Virus record (IMG/VR): IMGVR_UViG_3300044712_002668
Coordinates: 186,001 to 250,000 of that record
Length of the DNA: 64,000 bases
Strand: one strand, 5' to 3'
The stretch's first letter is position 1. Each line of letters opens with the position of its first letter. The position numbers and the translations under genes are program-made. Below are positions 41,814 to 52,104 of this stretch, one piece after another. The notes beneath the pieces were generated by a model. It made no database searches. It was not told where the DNA came from and worked only from the letters and a program-made list of their open reading frames with translations.

Positions 41814-42620
41814 TCCCGGCGAATGGGGACTCCCGTTTGGGTAACCATCATTGACAGTGCCCCCACCCTGGCCTGTCTGTGTGGTTACCCTTACGGGTTG
41901 TCTGCGTTTAATCCGGGCTGATTCTTATCAGCCCGTCAACCCTGCTCGCAGCGTTCAATCGCTCGCGAGCTTTTTTTGCGCCGTAAGAAATTGCGGTGCT
42001 TTTTTTGTGCCCACTTTTTGAAAGTGGGTTTAAATTTTTGCCCCGAATCCGAGTATGTTGCCGTTGCCTCTCTCCCGAGACGCTCAACGTTATGCCAACA
42101 TACCCAATCGGGCTCCCGACCCCACGATTTATATCACAGGGAATATAACGTGGGTATATGAACAGGCGACTTCCTAACACCCAATTCCTTCGGGAAATGT
42201 GTTAGATTGTGTCGTTCTGTTTTCCCTGTCCCGAAATGAGTTTCCTATATGGAAATTTCAAAAAACCTCGGGAAATTCTCAACCTCGTGTCGCTCTGAAT
42301 GTCGGGCTGAAAAGCTGACATGGGGCGACGAATGGGTAGAGAGTTATATAAGGGTGACCGCTTTATAAAGGGAAGCGGAATATAAATGGAATATCAACGG
42401 CTTTTGGGTAGGGCTGTTGAATATAAGGGTGTTCGGACGGCGGACGAAAAGAAAAGATCCGTTTCCGGCCCAATAATTCCCAGGTACCCTACTCCGGTAC
42501 CCCTCCCTTAATACCCCCTATTTCTCTCCCTAATACACCTACATCCCCACACATGTAGGTGGATACACTTCTGTAGGAGTGTACATATAAACCTGTATGT
42601 GTGTGGAATTGGAGAATGGA

Positions 42621-43007
42621 ATGTCCCAGCACAGGAATTTGAAGCTCCCGATTCGCAGGCTTTCGAGGAACTGGGGCGGCGCATACTGCCGCTGCTCCAG
42701 CTACCTGAAGACGGTCAGTCACCGGATTGACCGGAGGGATGCGAAGGATGAGATTCGGGAGATGATGTCCGAGGAGATCGAGATGCCCAAGAACGCAAAC
42801 CGCTGGATCAAGAATTCCGCCGCTCAGGTCTGCACCGTTCGGACGGTTCGGACCATGGCGGTTGCCGCCCCGACCCCGGCTCCGGTTGCAGCTTCCGCCG
42901 TTCCGGCCCCGGCCCCCAAGCCCCGGATCCACCGGGAAGTGAACCGTAGCTTCTTCGATGGTCTGGTCCGTGAGGCCCGGACGAAGGGCTCCCACCACCT
43001 GCTGTAG
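42621..43007 (+). CDS. GC-rich hypothetical protein
   Basis: GGAG RBS; Ala/Pro linker. Confidence 0.65.
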   Translation: MSQHRNLKLPIRRLSRNWGGAYCRCSSYLKTVSHRIDRRDAKDEIREMMSEEIEMPKNANRWIKNSAAQVCTVRTVRTMAVAAPTPAPVAASAVPAPAPKPRIHREVNRSFFDGLVREARTKGSHHLL

Positions 43008-43125
43008 GGGACGGACATGTTCGAGACTGTAAGGGCTACTCCCTGCCGCCTGTCATGGCGGCTTTCATTCCACCGCAACGGACCGATCATCACCTTGATC
43101 GATTGGTCCTGAGCGGAGTCCGATT

Positions 43126-43156
43126 GCCCCAACGGTTGAGAGCCGTTGGGGCTTTT
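43126..43156 (+). terminator. rho-independent terminator
   Basis: GCCCCAACGG-N7-CCGTTGGGGC-TTTT. Confidence 0.75.
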
Positions 43157-43313
43157 GGGCATTGTAACGTATCTTGCTTCTTAGATTGCTTCCGCTTCTC
43201 GCTTCTCCCTTAAACTCCTTGAATTCTTAAAAAAGATTCTTGGGAGCTTAGGATTGCACTGATAACTTATAAACCCGTCAACCCAAGACAGCACGATTCA
43301 GGAGATAGACACC

Positions 43314-44207
43314 ATGACCTTCACCAACAACACCAAGGCCGTCCGCACCCTGTCCCTCAGCAACCACCTCGCCAATGGGGCGAAGGTCTCCCAGGATCCG
43401 GAGCTGGCCATCCAGGCCCTCCGGAAGTTCGCGGCGAGCCAGCCCAGCACCATGATCGGCAAGAAGCTGGCGCTGTTCAGCCAGCACTTCGCCGGTATGT
43501 TGGCCGGTGCCGTCCAGGCGGCGAAGGAGAACAGGCACTTGGAGAGCCTCATCGCCCTGTGCCGGATCGAGAGCAGCATCGATGGGGCGATCAACGGAGG
43601 TGCTGACCTCCGCCCCATCCTGGGGCTCTCCTTCGACGGGTTCTACCGGCAGGACTTGAACCCGGCTGTCCGGGCAACCCAGAAGGCCCCGACCCGTTAC
43701 GTCGGTGCCGTGATCCGGTGGTTCAGCGGACTCCAGTACAGGCTCGTGACCAACACCATCGAGGCATCGGTCAAGGAGTCCCAAGCGGAGCTTTCGCTCT
43801 GCGAGGGTCTGGTGGACGGTGACGAGTTCGCATCTCAGCTCCGGACGGCCCACGAATCGGCCGTTGCGGCGGCGGCGAAGTGGGAGGCAATCAAGGCCGG
43901 TCAGGCTGTGGAGGGTGTGTCCGAGACGGATGCTGGGAAGATCCAGCATCAGCTCACCAAGATCGCTGCCCGTCTCGATGACATCGCCGCCAAGAAGGCG
44001 GCTCCCCCCGCTGTCGAGGCTCCCAAGGCCGAGACGGCTCCGGTCGAAGCGGCTCCGGTCGAGGCCAAGGCCGAGAAGATCACCCACAACCCCTTCGCAT
44101 CCCTCGCCGGGATGAAGGCGGACATGGAAGCCGAGGAGGCAGCCCGGACGGCGGCCAATGCGGCTGCCAAGCCCGCCAAGAAGCGGGCCGCCAAGAAGGC
44201 CGTCTGA
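43314..44207 (+). CDS. GC-rich hypothetical protein with Ala/Lys-rich basic tail
   Basis: AGGAG RBS; C-terminus AAKPAKKRAAKKAV. Confidence 0.75.
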   Translation: MTFTNNTKAVRTLSLSNHLANGAKVSQDPELAIQALRKFAASQPSTMIGKKLALFSQHFAGMLAGAVQAAKENRHLESLIALCRIESSIDGAINGGADLRPILGLSFDGFYRQDLNPAVRATQKAPTRYVGAVIRWFSGLQYRLVTNTIEASVKESQAELSLCEGLVDGDEFASQLRTAHESAVAAAAKWEAIKAGQAVEGVSETDAGKIQHQLTKIAARLDDIAAKKAAPPAVEAPKAETAPVEAAPVEAKAEKITHNPFASLAGMKADMEAEEAARTAANAAAKPAKKRAAKKAV

Positions 44208-44609
44208 CGGTCTAACGGTCTTTCTTGGCTTTCTCCGGGGCGGTCCGTTGTTGGATCGCCCCGTCCGTAGAGGGGTGTGGGGACCCCTTCTTTTGATTCA
44301 TCGTTGAGAGCCCGGTGTGTTTATACACATCGGGTTCTTGGCGTTTAAGGCGCGTTGTCTTCGGACTTCGCGCCTTTTTTTGCGCCCTGGGAAACCATGG
44401 CGCTTTTTTGTTGGCCTTAAATTCCCCGGCCAAAAAACCAAATTTCTTTAAAAAATTTCCTTCCCGCGAAGGTTCGCTTTATTCGCCTCTATAAACGATT
44501 TTCAACTCTTATAGGGCTCCGATACCTACGAGAGTTGAAAGTTGATTATAGGGGGAAGCAGATAGGTTTATAGGCCAAGAGATTGATTGATTCGGGAGAC
44601 GGTAACAAC

Positions 44610-44864
44610 ATGAAGACCACTACTGCACAGATTTGTTTTCACGTGTTCGTTCTTTCGGCGTGTGTGTTTTTCGGGTACTTTGGGTGGCACGCCGTGAATG
44701 GTGTGCAGTTGAAGGTGGCCGAGTTGACGGCAGAGCCGGAGCGGCGGATTCCGGTTGCCCGAGTTGAGGGGAATGTTGAGAGCGTTGTGAGTGCTGGGGA
44801 GGTTGTGATTGGGGAACCGCTTGTGGTGACACCGCCTGCGGCATATGCCCGGCGTCAGCGGTAG
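44610..44864 (+). CDS. small membrane protein
   Basis: GGGAG RBS, N-terminal TM segment. Confidence 0.55.
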   Translation: MKTTTAQICFHVFVLSACVFFGYFGWHAVNGVQLKVAELTAEPERRIPVARVEGNVESVVSAGEVVIGEPLVVTPPAAYARRQR

Positions 44865-44979
44865 GGGTATTTTTAAGAGATTTGGGAATTTTGGGAGAGC
44901 GCGGGAGGAGAGGGGGATCCTCTTTGCGCTCTTCCTTAATATGGATGGAGAATTTGAGTGCATACGTGAGGAGGCGCAT

Positions 44980-45315
44980 ATGAGTGCCATTCAGAAGTAC
45001 AAGCAGCAAGCTCAGACTTTGCAGGAGAAGGTTACGAAGTTGGAGGAGGAGGTTGCGTTTTTGAGGGAGCGGCTGCAGGGTGGCAATCTGGTCACCCATG
45101 CTTTGTACGCTTTGTGTTTTGCTGGGATTGAGGATTACGCTGCGAATGAGAAGTTGATTCGCAGCATTCCCAAGTTGGAGAGCTGGTTGAGTGACCAATC
45201 TTCTTTGAAGCTGACGTATGAGACGTCTGTTAGCATCCTGAAAAAGGAGTTTCGTCAGATCAGTGTTACGCAAACTTTGTCCGAGAGTTTGGAGAAGATA
45301 TTGAGGGAATCATGA
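44980..45315 (+). CDS. hypothetical coiled-coil protein
   Basis: GAGGAGG RBS. Confidence 0.6.
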   Translation: MSAIQKYKQQAQTLQEKVTKLEEEVAFLRERLQGGNLVTHALYALCFAGIEDYAANEKLIRSIPKLESWLSDQSSLKLTYETSVSILKKEFRQISVTQTLSESLEKILRES

Positions 45316-45554
45316 TTAACGTGGTCAGGACGGTTAGGGATATTGAGAAGAATTGGATCCCATATGAGAGGGCGAAGTTTTTGGTGATTGGATTTGGACC
45401 GAAGGGAGGTGGATTGTTGGCCACGGCATTGGATGAGTTTACGGCTCATCGGTATGCCAGGATTTATAAGGAGGCTGGTTATACGATGGTGATGGTTCAG
45501 CCCATGACCGAATTGAAAAAGGTTCATGATAAGATTTGTGAGTTTTATTTCTGA
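45312..45554 (+). CDS. hypothetical protein
   Basis: coupled start, G-rich strand. Confidence 0.55.
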   Translation: MINVVRTVRDIEKNWIPYERAKFLVIGFGPKGGGLLATALDEFTAHRYARIYKEAGYTMVMVQPMTELKKVHDKICEFYF

Positions 45555-45566
45555 GATGGAGACGGC

Positions 45567-46010
45567 ATGATGGCTGAAGTATACCACGTAGATTTCGGAA
45601 ACTTTGCCCAAACCCCTTATGGTGAGGTGCGAGGGTTTGAGGTGACGGCTTACCTGTTCGACCGTTATCAACCGCTTTGTCCTTGGGATAAGCGGACCGG
45701 TACGGAGGTTTTGAAGGAACTGGTTGGTTCGGTTGTTCAGTGTTTGAATGAAGAGGGTTTGCACGATTTTCAGGTTTCTACTTATTGCGTTTCCATTTCT
45801 TGCATGCATATCGTTTATGATGATGGAGATGAGGAAGTTGAACTGACAGCGGAATTCAATGGGAACGGAATTGAAGTGGAGGATATGAGGAGGATTGACA
45901 GGGGAGGGGTTAAGGGGATGGTTGATGGGAATGCTTTGTTGGATGAATTGATGGGGATGGGAGGATTGGACGATAAGGATATTGAGAGAGGGATGGTGGT
46001 GGTAGAATGA
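45567..46010 (+). CDS. acidic hypothetical protein
   Basis: GGAG RBS. Confidence 0.6.
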   Translation: MMAEVYHVDFGNFAQTPYGEVRGFEVTAYLFDRYQPLCPWDKRTGTEVLKELVGSVVQCLNEEGLHDFQVSTYCVSISCMHIVYDDGDEEVELTAEFNGNGIEVEDMRRIDRGGVKGMVDGNALLDELMGMGGLDDKDIERGMVVVE

Positions 46011-46037
46011 TTATCCCGTGGTACTGGAGGTGATGAT

Positions 46038-46358
46038 ATGAGCCAATACGTCTCCAAGATTTATACGATGGGAGTTGGGTTTGGTGGGAAGATATACAAG
46101 GTGGAATACGCCTTGGTATACATTATGGATCATGATTATCAGATGAGATTGGGAGGGTATTGGGTTCGGGAGAACCGGGTTATGAATCGGGGAGGGGATT
46201 GTCCGGACCCTACGGGGGAATGGAAATTGGTACCTTGGTCCCGAGTAAGGGAGGAGGTTCGGATTGATTTGATTGGACGTTTGCCTGGCAATGATGAGGG
46301 TTGGGGAGAGCGATTGGAGGACCCTGAGAATTATCCCCCGGAGGATTATGAACGATAA
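46038..46358 (+). CDS. hypothetical protein
   Basis: GGAGG RBS. Confidence 0.55.
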   Translation: MSQYVSKIYTMGVGFGGKIYKVEYALVYIMDHDYQMRLGGYWVRENRVMNRGGDCPDPTGEWKLVPWSRVREEVRIDLIGRLPGNDEGWGERLEDPENYPPEDYER

Positions 46359-46557
46359 ACGAGAGAAGATTTTGAAGAAGTTGATTGAGGAATTGCGGAA
46401 TATGAGGGAGCCCGGCAGCGGGTGTTCTTGTGGTGAATGTTGCTCTGATTTCGGGAAAGCGATCATTGCGAATAAGACTGCTAACATTTTGGAAAACATT
46501 ATTAATGGTACTTATGATGATATTGAGGATCCTGATGATTTCTATCTGATGGACTGA
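46348..46557 (+). CDS. hypothetical protein
   Basis: GGAGG RBS, CSCGEC. Confidence 0.5.
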   Translation: MNDKREKILKKLIEELRNMREPGSGCSCGECCSDFGKAIIANKTANILENIINGTYDDIEDPDDFYLMD

Positions 46558-46559
46558 TT

Positions 46560-46748
46560 ATGGCAAAGAACCGCAAACGAGATTTCATTCCTCAGAATAT
46601 TGATATTCGGGAGGATTTGAAGATTGAGAGAAGTTTGATGGAGATTCCGCCTCCTCGGAGGGACGGGGAGAGATTGAAGCGGTTGGGGGTTTTTGAGAGC
46701 CGCAAGGATTATGAAGCACGTTGTTCCGAGGAGTGGGATTCCACATGA
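46560..46748 (+). CDS. hypothetical protein
   Basis: operonic packing. Confidence 0.5.
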   Translation: MAKNRKRDFIPQNIDIREDLKIERSLMEIPPPRRDGERLKRLGVFESRKDYEARCSEEWDST

Positions 46749-46927
46749 TTTGCAAATATATAGTAATTGGTCATTACGGAATTAATAGAAAGGATCCTGA
46801 TTGGCATGTTACTAGTCATACATTTTATTCAAAAGATAGTCTTGATGAAAGTATTGAGTTCAAGAATATTTTGGAGGAAATGGAAAAATATCCTAATTGG
46901 GTATTTGTGTGTGTTATGCCTGTTTGA
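46745..46927 (+). CDS. hypothetical protein
   Basis: ATGA overlap. Confidence 0.45.
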   Translation: MICKYIVIGHYGINRKDPDWHVTSHTFYSKDSLDESIEFKNILEEMEKYPNWVFVCVMPV

Positions 46928-46963
46928 TTTTTAAGAAAATTTCTTTTTGGAAAGGAGAGAGCT

Positions 46964-47146
46964 ATGGACTGGGTATACGTAGTAGTCCATCACGGAAGAG
47001 GTTTGGTTGACATTGTATTTCAGGAACCGGATTATGATTCTGATTGGCAATGCCAAGTTGGATACAGTGGGGAGAGGGCATGGGAAGGTGCCACTCACTG
47101 TGCCAAGGCATTGGCGAGCAAGTTGGGATATGATTGTTTGGTCTGA
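46964..47146 (+). CDS. hypothetical protein
   Basis: AGGAG RBS. Confidence 0.55.
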   Translation: MDWVYVVVHHGRGLVDIVFQEPDYDSDWQCQVGYSGERAWEGATHCAKALASKLGYDCLV

Positions 47147-47154
47147 GAGAAGCC

Positions 47155-47817
47155 ATGATGGAAGACACCTCCCCAGATTTTGGAAACGATGACATTAAGT
47201 TTGAGACAACGCCGGTTCCGATTGATACGGCGTTTATTCAAACCATTGTGGTATTTTTGAATAAGATGAATTGGAAGGAGTGGATTGACCAGTTCAATCC
47301 AGCCGGGCCGCTTCCGGAGTTGGAGGGATTCATTTCCCGGTTGCAGGATTATGTTGGGAAGCAGATATTGGCGGAAGATGCTTTGAAGTATGAGGCATTG
47401 AAGAACCTTGAAGGATTCAAGTCGAAGGAATTGGAGGCTCTTGCGGATAGGATCCGGGCATCCAGTGAAGGATGCTGGGATTGCATTCCGGAGAGGATGG
47501 GAGTTATGTTTGAGGGGAAGCTTGTTGTGATGCAGAGTTTGTATGTGGGGTTGAATTCCTCGCATTCATTCTACATTGGACATGATGTTGATGGAAACTT
47601 TTACAAGATCAGGATTGGCGATGACATGGTTGAGGTTGAGGATTTTGATTTGCAGGATTTCTATTATCGACTTTATGCGCAGCGTGATAAGTTTGTTTAT
47701 CATGAGACTGTTGTGAAGAATAAGTCCGGTGAGGTTGGACTGATTTGTCCGAAGATTCATTGTAGTAAGTTCTCATCTTTGGAGTATGCTTATTCGGGAT
47801 ATGTGGGACATTGGTGA
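47155..47817 (+). CDS. hypothetical protein
   Basis: about 220-aa ORF. Confidence 0.65.
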   Translation: MMEDTSPDFGNDDIKFETTPVPIDTAFIQTIVVFLNKMNWKEWIDQFNPAGPLPELEGFISRLQDYVGKQILAEDALKYEALKNLEGFKSKELEALADRIRASSEGCWDCIPERMGVMFEGKLVVMQSLYVGLNSSHSFYIGHDVDGNFYKIRIGDDMVEVEDFDLQDFYYRLYAQRDKFVYHETVVKNKSGEVGLICPKIHCSKFSSLEYAYSGYVGHW

Positions 47818-47820
47818 TAT

Positions 47821-48066
47821 ATGCATTCTAAGATGGATGCTATTGATGATTTTATAAGGGATTTGAGGGAAGCGGTTGAGAGGGTGGGATTGAGTGAAGA
47901 GGAGTGTGCCATATTGGATAAGGAACATCCAATAGGTCCATCATCCTGGTTGGCGTTTAAATTTTTGGAGTTGCATGAGACTCCGAGAGTATTGAAAACT
48001 TACAAGTATATTGTAAGTGAGAGTATGAGCAAGAGAGTATACGTGGAACCAATGATTCTTAAATGA
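47821..48066 (+). CDS. hypothetical protein
   Basis: 81-aa ORF. Confidence 0.5.
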   Translation: MHSKMDAIDDFIRDLREAVERVGLSEEECAILDKEHPIGPSSWLAFKFLELHETPRVLKTYKYIVSESMSKRVYVEPMILK

Positions 48067-48448
48067 ATCTTGGTTCTTAAATAAGACTCATATCGGACGT
48101 AAAGTCCGGACGGCACTTGGGGGGATTTGGGGGATAGCTTTTATTTTACTTTACACATATTCCTCTGGGACACCTTCGGGTCACCAGGCGGAATTATTCC
48201 GGCAACGAGTTACTAACAGTCTCCTTTAAGTGGGAGAGAATTAACGGGCCTTTGGTGGTCTCGGCTTCGGTATCCAAGGATGCTAGAAGTCAAGACCTCG
48301 CATAGCGCCCGTTTTTTCGCGCCTTGTTTCCGGTTCGCGGATCAGGGCGCGAAAAAAATTGTCTTAAATTTTTAGAGTTTTTTCCGGCCGAAAAAAAATT
48401 CCTTAATAGGTCGAATAAGAGGCCGGGCTTGCAAAGGCAGAATGTATC

Positions 48449-48886
48449 ATGGTCCCAACAAACAACACACGAGAATTTCTTATTCCGGATATCCGTGGAG
48501 AAGGATGCTCCAATACGGAAGCCGGTCTTAACGGGGAATATTGTACGATGTTGGCGGACGAATTGGGGGAACGATTCACTATCACACAACTTCAAGGTGT
48601 GATAGCTTATATTGAAAGAGTTTTGTCTGGTAAGCTTTATCCCGGTGATGAGATTTATAAGCTCGGTATCAATCCTTATAGCTATAATAAACATGACCTG
48701 ATTGCGGTTGAGAACCGGGTGGCTCTTGCTATCTGGAAGCAAGAGAAATTGGCTGAGGACCGTGCGGTGAAAGCTGCTCGGATGAAGATTGCTTCCGTTG
48801 CCGATCATAAATATGATTGGGAATGTTCCTGCAATCATTGCAAAGACGAAAGGGAATGCCTCCGCAATTTGAAATATGTAGGGTGA
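48449..48886 (+). CDS. hypothetical protein
   Basis: 145-aa ORF with a C-terminal CSC.HC. Confidence 0.55.
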   Translation: MVPTNNTREFLIPDIRGEGCSNTEAGLNGEYCTMLADELGERFTITQLQGVIAYIERVLSGKLYPGDEIYKLGINPYSYNKHDLIAVENRVALAIWKQEKLAEDRAVKAARMKIASVADHKYDWECSCNHCKDERECLRNLKYVG

Positions 48887-48911
48887 TGTAAGTTTTGTTT
48901 GATATGGGAGA

Positions 48912-49244
48912 GTGAGTGTGTGTATGAGCAAGTACGGACAAGTAGAGAATTTGGAAGCGGTTGTATATTTGATTCAGAGGTACAACCCGCATTGTGTGGA
49001 TGAGAGTTGGGCCAGGGATTGTGTAACAACGTTGATTGATATGGTTGTTGAGGCTTATGAGAAGGAGAGGGCGGCAGGGAATACGGGATTGGTAGTGAAG
49101 ACGGCCAGGACGGGGATGGCGTTTGTGACATTGATGGCATATCAGGCGAATCTGATGCCTAATGGGGAGTATATTGAAATCAGGGCATGTTTTGATCCAT
49201 TGACTACGGTTGAAAATATGAAGGTTATTGACCATGCGTTGTAA
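48912..49244 (+). CDS. hypothetical protein
   Basis: 110-aa ORF. Confidence 0.55.
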   Translation: MSVCMSKYGQVENLEAVVYLIQRYNPHCVDESWARDCVTTLIDMVVEAYEKERAAGNTGLVVKTARTGMAFVTLMAYQANLMPNGEYIEIRACFDPLTTVENMKVIDHAL

Positions 49245-49506
49245 TTGTGGGAAAGAGATTGATGAGGAGTTTATTCTTGGGGAGGAGGTTGTTTGCGAAA
49301 CCTGTTATAATGAATGGGTAACGCATCGTAACATTTGGTATAAGGGAAGTTATCAAAACATTGATATGTTGCATATGAGGGAGGAGGAGGATAGGGTGGG
49401 GAGTGAGGAGTATAAGAAGAAGATTGATGAGGAGTACAGATTGATGGGGATTTCGGCGGAGGAGGATGAGAGGAGCAATGAAGAGTTCTGGGCCGGGGAG
49501 ATATGA
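49234..49506 (+). CDS. hypothetical zinc-finger protein
   Basis: CNCG...CETC. Confidence 0.5.
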   Translation: MRCNCGKEIDEEFILGEEVVCETCYNEWVTHRNIWYKGSYQNIDMLHMREEEDRVGSEEYKKKIDEEYRLMGISAEEDERSNEEFWAGEI

Positions 49507-49519
49507 ATTATGTTTGGGG

Positions 49520-49720
49520 GTGATTATTCTTGATAAAGAGGATTGGATGACCCCTGAGAAAAATGGTTATGGATTTGGAATTGGTTATGGGAGTGGAGAA
49601 GGGGCAGAGATTAATGGCACTGGAAATGGTTATGGTAATGGAGCTGGTGGAGGGCGGGGGTTTGGAGTTGGAAGCGGTGCTTGTTTAGGAGCAGGAAACG
49701 GCGAAGGATTTAGCAGATGA
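49520..49720 (+). CDS. Gly-rich paralog 1 (VIILDKEDW leader; start uncertain)
   Basis: family leader plus G-x repeats. Confidence 0.6.
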   Translation: MIILDKEDWMTPEKNGYGFGIGYGSGEGAEINGTGNGYGNGAGGGRGFGVGSGACLGAGNGEGFSR

Positions 49721-49926
49721 AAGTATTGATTCTGGATAAGAAGGATTGGATGACGCCTGAGGATAATGGTTTGGAAGGTGAGAGTCATAGAGATGGGAGT
49801 GGAAGGGGAGAGGGGGCAAGGTGGAGTGGCGATGGTTATGGTTATGGAGCTGGTAATGGTGCGGTGCTTGGAACTGGCTATGGTGCTTGTTTAGGAGCTG
49901 GCAACGGCCAAGGATTTAGCAGATGA
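49717..49926 (+). CDS. Gly-rich paralog 2
   Basis: MKVLILDKKDW leader. Confidence 0.75.
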   Translation: MKVLILDKKDWMTPEDNGLEGESHRDGSGRGEGARWSGDGYGYGAGNGAVLGTGYGACLGAGNGQGFSR

Positions 49927-50156
49927 AAGTCTTGATTCTTGATAAAGAGGATTGGCAGATACGGGAGCAGCAAGACGGCAGCAGTACTACCTCAGATTAC
50001 GGTTTTGGAAACGGGATTGGAACTGGATTTGGGTATGGCGCAGGACGTAGCAACGGCATTGGAACCGGAGATGGGGAAGGTGAGGCGGGAGGCTTCCTTG
50101 TTGGTTGGGGTGCTGGAGGCGGCACGCACAATGGCTGTGGGGATTTTGAGGAATGA
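49923..50156 (+). CDS. Gly-rich paralog 3
   Basis: MKVLILDKEDW leader. Confidence 0.75.
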   Translation: MKVLILDKEDWQIREQQDGSSTTSDYGFGNGIGTGFGYGAGRSNGIGTGDGEGEAGGFLVGWGAGGGTHNGCGDFEE

Positions 50157-50407
50157 AAGTATTGATTCTTGATAAAGAGGATTGGCAGATAAAAGAGAAT
50201 GGTAACGGTGATAACTGGTTTTATAGTAATGGCGATGGTATGGGTTACGATGGTGGTTGTACTCAAGGTAGGGGCAGAGGAACTGGTAAGGGTTGTGGCC
50301 AGGGCGATGGTGATGGCAGCCGTGGTGATTATGGTTTGGTTATTGGTAGTGGAGATGGTAGTGGTCTGGGTAGTGGAGATGGTAGTGGTCTGGGCCGAGG
50401 AAGATAA
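50153..50407 (+). CDS. Gly-rich paralog 4
   Basis: MKVLILDKEDW leader. Confidence 0.75.
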   Translation: MKVLILDKEDWQIKENGNGDNWFYSNGDGMGYDGGCTQGRGRGTGKGCGQGDGDGSRGDYGLVIGSGDGSGLGSGDGSGLGRGR

Positions 50408-50607
50408 TGATAATCAAAGATGTAAAAGATTTATTGGCCAAGGTTGATAAGATGGGGGAATCGTATATGGAGAGCAATGTTTTATTGGCAACGATAGCGG
50501 TATGCATTGATAATCAGAATGATATTTTGAAGAGACAGAATGAATTGTTGGGGAGGCACAATGAATTGTTATCGGAACAGAATATGATATTGAGGAGTCA
50601 CAAGTGA
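50407..50607 (+). CDS. hypothetical coiled-coil protein
   Basis: TAATG overlap. Confidence 0.5.
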   Translation: MIIKDVKDLLAKVDKMGESYMESNVLLATIAVCIDNQNDILKRQNELLGRHNELLSEQNMILRSHK

Positions 50608-50781
50608 CATGGAAACGGAAGATAAGGAGAGGCTTGAGAGATTATTGGAGGTGGTAGCTGAATATTACAGGCAACATAAGAAGGGGATTGAGAGGTGTGA
50701 GGAATTTGTGAAGAAGGGTTATATGAAGAAGGTTGGCGGGGCATATGTATCGAGAGCAACGGGAAGGGTGATGTTGCCGGT

Positions 50782-50988
50782 ATGACAACGGATAATGATG
50801 GTGAGCCGATTCCAACCAGTTATGAGGGTATTTATTGGAAGGAGAGATGGAGCAGGATGAAGAAATTATATGATTATGAACATAAGGAATATGCAGACAA
50901 ATTTCAAACATTTACTGTTCTGGTTTTCGGTGGTGTTATTTTTGTGATTCTGGTTATGCTGACTATTCCTTTGCTGCGAGGATGCTAA
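50782..50988 (+). CDS. small membrane protein
   Basis: C-terminal TM segment. Confidence 0.5.
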   Translation: MTTDNDGEPIPTSYEGIYWKERWSRMKKLYDYEHKEYADKFQTFTVLVFGGVIFVILVMLTIPLLRGC

Positions 50989-50992
50989 GAAC

Positions 50993-51709
50993 ATGCAAAA
51001 CATCAACATCAGTAATTTTACTATTATCGGTGGCAGAATTATTGATGGTAAACCTTTTACTGAGCAACAAGCGCAGTCGAAAGTTCCGGTTCAGGAGATT
51101 GGGCCGCGTCAAGTTTGTTTCATATGTGTTCATAAAGATGGGACGCCATATACTATAGAGGCCAGAACGGCGGCTGAAGCAGAGCAAGAGTTTTTTAAGA
51201 CTTATAAGAGTTATCCTAGTTGTATTAATGATGGCATTGGTAATGGTTTTTTTGTCAATGAGGGTACCAGCAAGTATCAGAAAGAACCTGAGGCTCCGAA
51301 GCATAGCGAATTGAAGAATGAAATAGTTTATACCAATGGTATTAGATTGAAAAATCATCCTGGTTTGTATTATCGGTTAGTAACTAATCATAACAATACA
51401 AAAATAGTAAAGCCAAATATTAGATATCTAGTTTATTATATTCTATCCACTGTTGGTGAAAATCGTTTGAGTGAGACACAGATACATGAAATAGCAGAAA
51501 AGATCTGGCCGGGTATTATAGATTATTATAGTTGTATACTGATACAAAAATATCTTTGTTGTAGCAATTATGTATCTTATAATTATAAACTTGGTGGATA
51601 TTTTCTACTGCCATCCGGTTATAGTTATCTAGCTTTTCATAATAGAAAAAAGAATAACCGTAGAGTTGCTCGTAATTTGGCTAAGCAAAACACCAAGGGT
51701 TATAATTAA
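50993..51709 (+). CDS. hypothetical protein
   Basis: 238-aa ORF. Confidence 0.6.
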   Translation: MQNINISNFTIIGGRIIDGKPFTEQQAQSKVPVQEIGPRQVCFICVHKDGTPYTIEARTAAEAEQEFFKTYKSYPSCINDGIGNGFFVNEGTSKYQKEPEAPKHSELKNEIVYTNGIRLKNHPGLYYRLVTNHNNTKIVKPNIRYLVYYILSTVGENRLSETQIHEIAEKIWPGIIDYYSCILIQKYLCCSNYVSYNYKLGGYFLLPSGYSYLAFHNRKKNNRRVARNLAKQNTKGYN

Positions 51710-52104
51710 TGAATAATTATAAAAGATATTTTATTTTCCTTCTATGTTTTATGGTCTCATCCATAGCACTGGGTGATACTAATAAAGATCCTTTGTTTCG
51801 TTTGACTGTGACAATTCATTTCAAAGGAAAGCGAATAAGCGATTATACAGTAGATCTTGAAAAAGATAAGATTACACCAGTAGTGCTTCCCACATCATCG
51901 TGGGATTGTGCAACAATGGCTACCAGAATTTCTGGAGAGTACAGAACAAAAAGTATCAACTGTACTATTTGGGATCAGAAAGAGAAAAAACCAATAGTAC
52001 AAGTTGCAAGCAGAGCTTTTCGTAAAGAGAGGGTTTGTAATTCTGGTAACCTGATATTGCATGAGGGTGATAGGCAAATAATTTTGGTTTTAGAATGTAA
52101 ATGA
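51709..52104 (+). CDS. exported hypothetical protein
   Basis: signal-peptide-like N-terminus, four Cys after the signal. Confidence 0.55.
   Translation: MNNYKRYFIFLLCFMVSSIALGDTNKDPLFRLTVTIHFKGKRISDYTVDLEKDKITPVVLPTSSWDCATMATRISGEYRTKSINCTIWDQKEKKPIVQVASRAFRKERVCNSGNLILHEGDRQIILVLECK

Noticed and set aside
41204-45273. Long minus-strand ORFs in the GC-rich island (e.g. 41208..41675, 42489..42998, 43278..44087, 44620..45273)
   Set aside because: They are antisense shadows of plus-strand genes that have RBSs and biased codon usage.
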